NCBI GenBank assembly: GCA_036520995.1
Contig: DATDIQ010000025.1
Coordinates: forward strand, 42,149-106,148
Length of the DNA: 64,000 bases
Origin: Terracidiphilus sp.
GTDB lineage: Bacteria; Acidobacteriota; Terriglobia; Terriglobales; Acidobacteriaceae
Direction: 5' to 3'
Shown: positions 34,907 through 42,347 of the stretch, one piece after another
How positions within the stretch are numbered: position 1 is the stretch's first letter
How the letters are laid out: every line of letters starts with the position of its first letter
Program-made: the position numbers and the translations under genes
Notes under the pieces: model-generated
What the model saw: only the letters and a program-made list of their open reading frames with translations
What the model was told of the DNA's origin: nothing
Databases searched by the model: none

Positions 34907-35242
34907 ATGCGGAAATTCAACTATCGTGTTCCACGTTTCGCGGTCGATATTCCGATCCGTTTGACGTTTGACGAGACGTCGCAGGTAGGGCGCTGCAAGG
35001 AGATCAGCACGGAGGGAATGCGTCTGGAAGTGCGCGATCCTCTGGCTCCGGACACGGCGGGCACGGTGCACATCAGCTACCAGGGAGTGGCATTAGAGTT
35101 GACGGTGCGGGTGGCGCATTCCAGTTCGTCGCACGAAGGCGTGCGGTTTGTGTACGAGACGGATGAGCAGAGGGATGAAGTGATCCGTCTTGTGGCTTTG
35201 CTTTCCGGCCGCGTGCATCAAGGGCCGGTGCTGCTGCAGTAG
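34907..35242 (+). CDS. single-domain PilZ protein (partly degenerate c-di-GMP motifs)
   Basis: PilZ-like pattern YRVPRFAVDIPIRL ... GRCKEISTEGMRL ... GVRFVY. ATG at 34907 checked, with AAGGA upstream. The ORF track extends to 34742, but that extension would overlap the putative -10 box. Confidence 0.65.
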   Translation: MRKFNYRVPRFAVDIPIRLTFDETSQVGRCKEISTEGMRLEVRDPLAPDTAGTVHISYQGVALELTVRVAHSSSSHEGVRFVYETDEQRDEVIRLVALLSGRVHQGPVLLQ

Positions 35243-35459
35243 ATTTTTCCGAAAAATCCTAGTTTGGTACGCAGGGACGCAGGTCTTCGCGCGTCTGCCC
35301 TGCGGGACAGCGGTGTTCTCGTTGTTGCGAACCTCGGGTTTCACTGCCCGGGGCTATTTTCGTGCGGCCCTTTGGGCTTCGGCGAGGCCTTCGTTGTGGG
35401 AGAGTCCCGCGGGCGAGCTGATGCCTGCCTGAGGTGCGCGTCGATCAAGACTGGGCGCG

Positions 35460-36245
35460 CTAGTTGGCGGCCTTGGTAGTGGCGACGCTGTTGACCGAGA
35501 GGCCGGGATTGACCTCGGATCCAGCCTTGACCTGGTATTGCACGATGAGGGAGATGCGTCGGTTGGAGGGATCCTGGGGATTGCCCGGCACGCGGAGGCG
35601 CTGATCGGCAAAGCCGCGCACTTGCGAGACCTGGCCGGGATGCAGGCCTTCGTTTTGCATCAGGCGCCGGGCTTCGTTGGCGCGATCGGTCGAGAGGTCC
35701 CAGTTGTCATAGGCACGTTTGCCGGAATAGGGTTTCGAGTCGGTGTGTCCCTCGATGGAGACATCGTTGGGCAGCTTGCCGATATTCTGCGCGAGCACTT
35801 TGAGGAGCTCGATGAGGGCGGGTGTCGGCTTGTCGCTTCCGAGCTCAAAGAACGTGCCTTTGGCGGACTCCATCAGCTCGATGCGCAGGCCTTCCGGGGT
35901 GACAGTGATTTCAATCTGGTTCTTCAGCTTGTCGAAGGGATCGAGGTGGTGAATCGACTGAAGAATCTCGTCTTTGAGCTTCTTCATGTCTTCTTTCTTG
36001 AGGGCGATGAATTCGCCGGCGCCGTTCTTATTGGTGCCGACCACTTTGGCGGTGCCGCGCGGATCTTTGAAGTAGCCGCCGACGGCCTCCTGCACCTGCT
36101 TGCTGGCATTCATCATCCAGAGCACGATGAAGAGAGCCATCATCGCGGTAACGAAATCGGCATAGGCCACTTTCCACGCGCCGCCGTGATGGCCGCCATG
36201 GGCTGCCTTCTTTTTTATGATGATGATGTCGCCGGTCTCTGCCAC
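35460..36245 (-). CDS. motB: flagellar stator protein MotB (OmpA-like C-terminus)
   Basis: 261 aa. TM plug region WKVAYADFVTAMMALFIVLW with the conserved Asp. OmpA/PG-binding domain (IEGHTDSKPY...NWDLSTDRANEARRLM). Confidence 0.9.
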   Translation of the reverse strand: MAETGDIIIIKKKAAHGGHHGGAWKVAYADFVTAMMALFIVLWMMNASKQVQEAVGGYFKDPRGTAKVVGTNKNGAGEFIALKKEDMKKLKDEILQSIHHLDPFDKLKNQIEITVTPEGLRIELMESAKGTFFELGSDKPTPALIELLKVLAQNIGKLPNDVSIEGHTDSKPYSGKRAYDNWDLSTDRANEARRLMQNEGLHPGQVSQVRGFADQRLRVPGNPQDPSNRRISLIVQYQVKAGSEVNPGLSVNSVATTKAAN

Positions 36246-36269
36246 GTCGGATGTCCTTCTGGAACCTGG

Positions 36270-37154
36270 TTAAGCTGCCACTGCCGGAGCCGCGGCGGCA
36301 TCGTCCTTCTGCCGGCAGGCTTTTTCAACTTCCTGGAAACTGGGGCGCACATGCTCGGGAATGGCGCGACGCGCCATCTCGATGGCCAGCGAGGGTGACA
36401 TTCCCTTGATGAAGGCGAGCATGATGACGCGGAGGACGTGATAGTAGGAGTGCTCGTCGCCGATGATCTTGGAGAGATTGGACCCCAGGGGGCCGACCAC
36501 GCCATAGCAGAGGAGAATGCCGAGGAAAGTTCCGACGAGGGCGGCTGCGACCTTGTGGCCGATTTCTTCGGGGGGTCCGCCGAGAGCGCTCATGGTGACG
36601 ACCACGCCGAGCACGGCGGCCACGATGCCGAGGCCTGGCAAAGAGTCGGCCATGGTGCTCAAAGCCGAAACTGTTTGCGATTCGCCGGAGTGATGGACTT
36701 CCATGTCCTGGTCCATCATCTGGTCGAGGTCGAAGGGTGTGGCGCCGCCGGTGATGGCCATGCGCAGGGTGTCGCAGACAAAGTCGCGCGCGTGATGATT
36801 GCCGATGAAGTCAGGGAACTTGGTGAAGACGGTGCTTTTCTCCGGCTCTTCGATGTCGGACTCGATACCGGCCAGGCCTTCTTTGCGGGCCTTGTTGAAG
36901 AGGGTGAACATCATCTTCAACGTGTCGATGTAGCGCTGGCGCGAATACTTCGATCCTTTGAGAATCGAAGCGAGGCTGCCGACGGTCTTTTTCAAGACGT
37001 GGACGGGGTTGCCCGACAACAGAGTGCCGATCGCGGCGCCGCCGATAATCAAGAACTCGGACGGCTGCATGAGGACCATGATGGGCCCCTTTTCCATGAG
37101 AAAGCCGCCCAGGACTGCTCCGAACACCACTACGATCCCAATAATTGCAAACAT
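36270..37154 (-). CDS. motA: flagellar stator protein MotA
   Basis: 294 aa, MotA/TolQ/ExbB family, with E. coli MotA-like length and architecture. ATG at 37154 checked. Confidence 0.92.
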   Translation of the reverse strand: MFAIIGIVVVFGAVLGGFLMEKGPIMVLMQPSEFLIIGGAAIGTLLSGNPVHVLKKTVGSLASILKGSKYSRQRYIDTLKMMFTLFNKARKEGLAGIESDIEEPEKSTVFTKFPDFIGNHHARDFVCDTLRMAITGGATPFDLDQMMDQDMEVHHSGESQTVSALSTMADSLPGLGIVAAVLGVVVTMSALGGPPEEIGHKVAAALVGTFLGILLCYGVVGPLGSNLSKIIGDEHSYYHVLRVIMLAFIKGMSPSLAIEMARRAIPEHVRPSFQEVEKACRQKDDAAAAPAVAA

Positions 37155-37243
37155 GCGCCGAATCCTCTACTGATCGCGATCTAAGCCTGGAGCTTGGCCG
37201 TACTGCCCGGCGTGAATTTGTTTCTCGCGGAATTGCTCTGTCT

Positions 37244-37270
37244 CTATCGGCACCGTGCCCGCGGATTTCC
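37244..37270 (-). promoter_or_regulatory. sigma28-type promoter upstream of motAB
   Basis: Minus strand reads GGAA-N15-GCCGATAG (or GAAA-N14). The -10 box is at 37244-37251, about 90 nt upstream of the motA ATG. Confidence 0.5.
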
Positions 37271-37358
37271 AGCAAACGAAAGCGTTACGCGGGGAGTGAA
37301 ATGGCACCAAGGAAACCGGGGGGACAGGGCCGGAGCATGTCCGGACGCCAACTCTGGC

Positions 37359-39278
37359 TTAATGAATGAGCGGGGACGCGAGGTGGCTGAAGCCGCTGCG
37401 CAGGTGCTCATCAATCTGGTCGACGGCGACCGGCTTGCTGAAATAGAAGCCCTGGATGGTATAGCACTGCTGGGCCTCGAGGAACGAAAGCTGGGCTCGG
37501 TTTTCGACGCCTTCTGCCAGGACGGCGAGGTTCAATGCTTTTGCCATGTTGATGATGGCAGTGGTGATGGCGGCGTCGTCGGTGTCGATGGAGACGTCTT
37601 GAATAAAGGTGCGCGCGATCTTGAGGCGGTTGACCTTGAACTGGCGCAGGTAGGCAAGGCTGGAATAGCCGGTGCCGAAGTCGTCGATGGCCAGCATGAC
37701 GCCCATGTCTTTCAATTCCTGCAAAATCCCGAACATGACGTCGGCGTTGGAGAGCAGCAGGCTCTCAGTCAATTCGAGCTCGAGGTACTTGGGATCGAGG
37801 CCGGTTTCACTGAGGACATCGCGAATGAGATCGCCAAAGCCCTGCTGGCGGAACTGGACGGCGGAAACATTGACGGCGATGGGGACGGGGGGCAGCCCCT
37901 CATCCTGCCACTTGCGCGCCTGGGCGCAGGCGGTGCGCAGTACCCATTCGCCGATGGGGACGATGAGCCCGCTGCATTCGGCCACATCAATAAACTTGCC
38001 TGGCGGAATAATGCCGGATTGGGGATGGTTCCAGCGCAGAAGCGCTTCGAGTCCGGTCACTTCGCCGGAACGGGCGTCGACCTGCGGCTGATAGACGAGG
38101 AAAAGCTCATTGCGCGCCAGCGCCATCTGGAGCCCGTGCTCGATGCGCAGGCTCTCCTGGACCTTGTCGTTCATGGCATCGGTGAAGATGCGGAAGCGGT
38201 TGAGACCATCTTCGCGGGCGCAGTTCATGGCGATGTCGGCGGCCTTGATCAGCGATTCGGAATCGCGCCCGTCTTTGGGGTAGAGGCTGATGCCCAGGGT
38301 GCAGAAGACATTGAGGGAGTGGCCGAAGAACGAGTACTCGGCAGCGAGCTGGTTCACGATCTTTTCGGCAACGGAGATGACGCCGTTGAGATCTTTGGCG
38401 TCCTGCAGGACGATGGCGAATTCGGCGCCGCCGATGCGGGCGACGAGGCGGTTGCCGCCGGCTGCCTGGACGATACGCTCGGAAATTTCCTGCAGAAGGC
38501 GGTCGCCGAAACGCTCCCCGAGTGAATCATTGATGACCTTGAAGCGGTCGAGCTGGAGCAGCAAGAGCGCCGCCTCGCTGTTCTTGCGTTCAGCGGTAAC
38601 CAGGGCCTTGGCGAGCTGATCGTGGAAGAGCGTGCGGTTGGGGAGGCCGGTGAGCCGGTCGTAATAGGCGAGCCGTTCGGTGCGCACCTCGACCTGCTTG
38701 CGCTCGGTGATGTCTTCGCCGGTTCCGTCGTAGCGGACAATGCGGCCTTGTTCACGGACTTCGCGCACGTTGAAGCGCACCCATTTTGCAGCGCCGTCGC
38801 GATTCGCGACCTGGAGATCGAGACGCCGAACCTTCCCTTCGCGCGTGGATGAAGTGATTTTGGACCATTGGCGCGGAGGGAAGAAGCGTGCCGCGCCGGC
38901 GGATTTGTCGGCCAGGAATTCATCGGGCGAGGCGTAGCCCAGGATGCGCGCCATTTCGCTGTTGAGGCTGAGAGGCGTGCCTTCGGGGGCTATCTGAAAG
39001 ATGCCAACGGGCGAGTCTTCAAAGATGCTTCGATACTTGGTCTCGTCCGCGACCAACTGCTTGTTTGCGTTTTCATAGCCTTGAAGGAGACGTTGAAGCG
39101 ATTCGAGGGCTTCGGGCCACGACCGCGCGATGGGATGATTCCGTCTGCGCTCCACAAAAGGGCGAGCCACGGCTTCCGCAGCGGGAGCCCCGTTCTCTTC
39201 GAGGAGAGCAGGGATCTCGGGAGGGGCCTCGATACCTTGGGCACGAGAAGGCGTACCTGGGCGGCGACGGGGTTGCAT
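37359..39278 (-). CDS. PAS-GGDEF-EAL protein; GGDEF degenerate (GGAEF), EAL intact; predicted c-di-GMP phosphodiesterase
   Basis: 639 aa with a PAS domain (YRSIFEDSPVGIFQ). The GGDEF domain has RIGGAEFAI and no RxxD I-site. The EAL domain has EALLRW, NVS, ELTES, DDFGTGYSS and EGVE. ATG at 39278 checked. Confidence 0.9.
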   Translation of the reverse strand: MQPRRRPGTPSRAQGIEAPPEIPALLEENGAPAAEAVARPFVERRRNHPIARSWPEALESLQRLLQGYENANKQLVADETKYRSIFEDSPVGIFQIAPEGTPLSLNSEMARILGYASPDEFLADKSAGAARFFPPRQWSKITSSTREGKVRRLDLQVANRDGAAKWVRFNVREVREQGRIVRYDGTGEDITERKQVEVRTERLAYYDRLTGLPNRTLFHDQLAKALVTAERKNSEAALLLLQLDRFKVINDSLGERFGDRLLQEISERIVQAAGGNRLVARIGGAEFAIVLQDAKDLNGVISVAEKIVNQLAAEYSFFGHSLNVFCTLGISLYPKDGRDSESLIKAADIAMNCAREDGLNRFRIFTDAMNDKVQESLRIEHGLQMALARNELFLVYQPQVDARSGEVTGLEALLRWNHPQSGIIPPGKFIDVAECSGLIVPIGEWVLRTACAQARKWQDEGLPPVPIAVNVSAVQFRQQGFGDLIRDVLSETGLDPKYLELELTESLLLSNADVMFGILQELKDMGVMLAIDDFGTGYSSLAYLRQFKVNRLKIARTFIQDVSIDTDDAAITTAIINMAKALNLAVLAEGVENRAQLSFLEAQQCYTIQGFYFSKPVAVDQIDEHLRSGFSHLASPLIH

Positions 39279-39284
39279 GTCGCC

Positions 39285-39311
39285 TTATCGGCACCTGCTT
39301 GAAAAAATTCA
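39285..39311 (-). promoter_or_regulatory. sigma28-type promoter abutting the PAS-GGDEF-EAL start codon
   Basis: Minus strand reads TGAA-N15-GCCGATAA. The -10 box (39285-39292) ends 6 nt upstream of the ATG at 39278. Confidence 0.55.
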
Positions 39312-39451
39312 ACGCCAAGGAGGCCGAGAGCCTGGTACTTTTCGGAGGCACTAAAACGCGCATAAGCTATTTATTTGCAGCGGATACGTGGCTATCTTCG
39401 GGGAGAATGTTCGTGTCGCCATCTACCCCTTTTGGGGGATGAGCGCGGTCT

Positions 39452-39478
39452 TGAACATCCCAGGCGAGTTGCCGATAG
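39452..39478 (+). promoter_or_regulatory. sigma28-type promoter upstream of the second stator operon
   Basis: Plus strand reads TGAA-N15-GCCGATAG. It is divergent from, and about 140 bp away from, the promoter at 39285-39311. Confidence 0.55.
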
Positions 39479-39615
39479 AAGGGCATCCGCATGACCGGAT
39501 ATGAGTGCAGCAGACTTTGGGGATTGATTTAAGCCCGCCGGCAGACCTTTAAAGATGGACAGGTCGACTGGCTTTCACTCCGTCGCGATGGGCGATGGCG
39601 ACGTTGAGGAACAGC

Positions 39616-40401
39616 GTGGACAAGAGCACATTTGGCGGCATCTTCATTGCACTGGCCGGCATCGGGGCGGGTTTAGTCCTGGATGGTGGAAAGATCTCCC
39701 AGGTGCTCCAGCCGACGGCCGCATTGATCGTGATCGGCGGCACGGTCGGCGCCGTGATGGTGCAGTTTCCGATGTCGACGGTGTTTCAGGCGATTGCGCA
39801 TCTGAAGGACGTCTTCCTGAATAAAGAGCCCGAGTCCGATCAGATCATCGAGAACTTGCTGCGCTATGCGCTGAAGGCCCGGAAGGAAGGAATTCTTTCG
39901 TTGGACGGCGAACTGAACAAGATTCACGATCCATTCCTGAAAGAGAGCCTGATGCTGGCGATCGACGGCGTGAACGCCACCGATTTGCGCAAGATGATGG
40001 AACTACAGCTGGACTACCGCGGAGAAAAAGACGAGCGGATTCCGAAAGTGTTCGAATCGGCTGCAGGTTTTGCGCCGACGATCGGCATCATCGGCGCGGT
40101 TCTGGGACTGATCCAGGTAATGCAGCGGCTGCAGGACATTAATGAGGTGGGCAAAGGGATCGCGGTTGCCTTTGTGGCGACGATTTACGGCGTGGCGTCG
40201 GCGAACCTCTTCTTTCTGCCCTGTGCCGGCAAGCTGCGCATCCGGATTCGGGAGCGGGAAGTGATCCAGGAGATGACGCTCGAGGCGGTGCTAGCGATCA
40301 TTAACGGAGTGAACCCGCGGGCGCTCGAAATGCAGCTGCGCCGCTTCGTCGTACACGGGAATTCCAAGCAAGGTCCGCAGAAGGTAGCCGCCTCCCGATG
40401 A
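39616..40401 (+). CDS. second stator A subunit (MotA/PomA/MotP-type)
   Basis: MotA/TolQ/ExbB family, about 261 aa (FGGIFIALAGIGAGLVLDGG...AVAFVATIYGVASANLFFLP). GTG at 39616 has a GAGGA Shine-Dalgarno. The ORF-track start is 39595. Confidence 0.85.
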   Translation: MDKSTFGGIFIALAGIGAGLVLDGGKISQVLQPTAALIVIGGTVGAVMVQFPMSTVFQAIAHLKDVFLNKEPESDQIIENLLRYALKARKEGILSLDGELNKIHDPFLKESLMLAIDGVNATDLRKMMELQLDYRGEKDERIPKVFESAAGFAPTIGIIGAVLGLIQVMQRLQDINEVGKGIAVAFVATIYGVASANLFFLPCAGKLRIRIREREVIQEMTLEAVLAIINGVNPRALEMQLRRFVVHGNSKQGPQKVAASR

Positions 40402-41186
40402 GAAGCAGGCGGCGCGGGCACGCACAGGAGCAAGCCAGCCACGAGCGCTGGCTGCTGTCGTATTCCGATTTCATCACGCTGCTGTTTGCGTTCTTCGTGG
40501 TGCTCTATGCCACCACATACAAAGACAACCAGGCGATCAAGAAGCTTTCGCGCGCGATTCACTACGGCTTCCAGAGCATGGGCGCCTTTGCCGGCGACGA
40601 GCCTGGCACCAAGGCAACGTATTCGGGGACAACGTCGGAAGGCGACGACATTCCCTCGAACCTTGCGAACGACAAAGCGAAGGTGCAGGAAGCGACAGAA
40701 GGCGCTGCCGCCGACATGCAGCAGCTGCGCAAGGAGCTGGAGGCAGCGATCGGCGCGGAGCTGGCGAATCACGAAGTGGTGTTGCAGGTGACGCCGGAAG
40801 GTTTTGTGATCAGCTTGAAGGAGCTAGGCTTTTTTGACAGCGGCCAAGCGGCGCTACTGCCTGGTGCGGCCGAGAAGTTGAAGAAGATTGCGAAGGTGCT
40901 GTCACGTCCGGGACTGGAGATCCGCGTGGAAGGAAACTCGGACGATCAGCCGATTCACACGGATCAGTTCCGCTCGAACTGGGAGCTCTCGATGGCGCGC
41001 GCCATGAACGTGCTGTTGCTGATGGTGGACGATGCGGGGTTCGACCCGCGGAAGATTTCGGCCTCGGGCTTTGGGCAATATCGCCCTATCGCCGATAACG
41101 CCACAGCGGAAGGCCGCAAGATGAACCGGCGCGTGGACCTGGTGGTGGTGCAGGAACGGAAGCCGCTGGCGCCAATCAAGAAGTAG
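40398..41186 (+). CDS. second stator B subunit (MotB/PomB-type, OmpA-like)
   Basis: 262 aa. WLLSYSDFITLLFAFFVVLY with the conserved Asp. OmpA-like domain (VEGNSDDQPI...NWELSMARAMNVLLLM...NRRVDLVV). ATGA overlap with the A subunit. Confidence 0.85.
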   Translation: MRSRRRGHAQEQASHERWLLSYSDFITLLFAFFVVLYATTYKDNQAIKKLSRAIHYGFQSMGAFAGDEPGTKATYSGTTSEGDDIPSNLANDKAKVQEATEGAAADMQQLRKELEAAIGAELANHEVVLQVTPEGFVISLKELGFFDSGQAALLPGAAEKLKKIAKVLSRPGLEIRVEGNSDDQPIHTDQFRSNWELSMARAMNVLLLMVDDAGFDPRKISASGFGQYRPIADNATAEGRKMNRRVDLVVVQERKPLAPIKK

Positions 41187-41345
41187 CGGGCGGGCAGCAA
41201 TTCGGGCGGCCTGGGCGATTGCGATCCCAACAAATGTACGGGGCTTCCTACGGGTGGCCTTTCCTTTTCGTCGAATTCCCATTCAAACCGAAACCTGGCC
41301 GAGTATGCTCGGACATGGATCTTCTCTGCGCGACGAAAGGATGCT

Positions 41346-41792
41346 ATGAATCGCCGAGAGTTTTCTGCATTGCTTCCCTTGCTGGCTGCTGCTCCAGCCC
41401 TTGCAACCACTCAGGCACCGACTGGGGTTGCCTTGTCGTCGGCGAATCTCGAATCGGGCGAGTTTGTTGAGGGACCCACACGTGGGCCTTCGGCGACAGG
41501 GCGCACGCAGAACCGTTTTCTATCGGGCATGCTGCCAGATAACATTCGCCTGGAGGCTCATGGAACGGCGCTCGCACCGGGAGCGCAGCCCGAGCCGATT
41601 GAGCATCACAAGCATACGGAAATGTGGCTGGTGCGCGAAGGGGCGATCACGCTCATGACGGCGGGAACCCAGCGCACCATTAAAGCCGGGGACATGGGCT
41701 TGTGCATTGCGGGCGATGAGCACTCCGTGGCGAACGCGAGCAAGACGGAGCGCGCCTCGTATTTCGTCGTGGCAGTGGGGCCGCCGGAGTAG
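41346..41792 (+). CDS. secreted cupin-domain protein (Tat-like signal)
   Basis: 148 aa. N-terminal MNRREFSALLPLLAAAPALA. Cupin motifs HKHTEMWLVREG...GDEHSVAN. Confidence 0.6.
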   Translation: MNRREFSALLPLLAAAPALATTQAPTGVALSSANLESGEFVEGPTRGPSATGRTQNRFLSGMLPDNIRLEAHGTALAPGAQPEPIEHHKHTEMWLVREGAITLMTAGTQRTIKAGDMGLCIAGDEHSVANASKTERASYFVVAVGPPE

Positions 41793-41831
41793 CAGACGGC
41801 GCCGGCTCCGAATCGGGCGCCTCACAGACCA

Positions 41832-42347
41832 TCAGAAGAGATTGCCGGCGACTTGCTCGGAGGCGGTATAGATGCGCGTCTTGAGCGTGTCGCGGGTGAG
41901 GATTGGATCGTCCTTCATGGTGCTGTTGAGAGTGATCGTGAAGACCTGATCGCGGACCCGGCCCACGGCGCGCTCGCCCAGTTCTCCACGGCGCAAGTCA
42001 GCCGCACAGTAGACGGCTTCATTGCCGATGGCGTTGAGGGTTTCTGCGCCGGCGCCGCATGCCTGTGCCACCTCGGTCATGCGCGCGTGCGGGTCCTTGG
42101 CAATTTCGACCGTGATGGTCAGAGTGCGCGCCATGCCCTGGTCTTTTTGCGTGAAGGTGCAGACGGCGGGCTGCGTACCCGCCGCGGCCGTGTAGTCGCC
42201 AGTGGCATCGGCGCCGATGAGGCCAGACGCTGTGGCCTCATTGAGCCATGGGCAGTTGTTGGCGGCATGCGCTGCGCAAGGCAGCGCGAAGAAACCAAGC
42301 AGCGCGAAAACCGCCGCCGCAGAGTGTCGGGACGCGTTATTTGCCAT
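41832..42347 (-). CDS. small secreted Cys-containing hypothetical protein
   Basis: 172 aa from the ATG at 42347 (checked), which overlaps the stop of the upstream cytochrome gene by 11 nt. Signal peptide AAVFALLGFFALPCAAHA and four further Cys residues. The longer 395-aa ORF is a shadow frame. Confidence 0.5.
   Translation of the reverse strand: MANNASRHSAAAVFALLGFFALPCAAHAANNCPWLNEATASGLIGADATGDYTAAAGTQPAVCTFTQKDQGMARTLTITVEIAKDPHARMTEVAQACGAGAETLNAIGNEAVYCAADLRRGELGERAVGRVRDQVFTITLNSTMKDDPILTRDTLKTRIYTASEQVAGNLF

Noticed and set aside
35243-35304. Hairpins between the convergent PilZ and motB genes (GATTTTT-CCG-AAAAATC at 35242-35258; CGCAGGG...CCCTGCG at 35270-35304) as bidirectional terminators
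   Set aside because: Both are plausible structures, but neither is followed by a convincing U-tract on either strand, so I did not list them as features.
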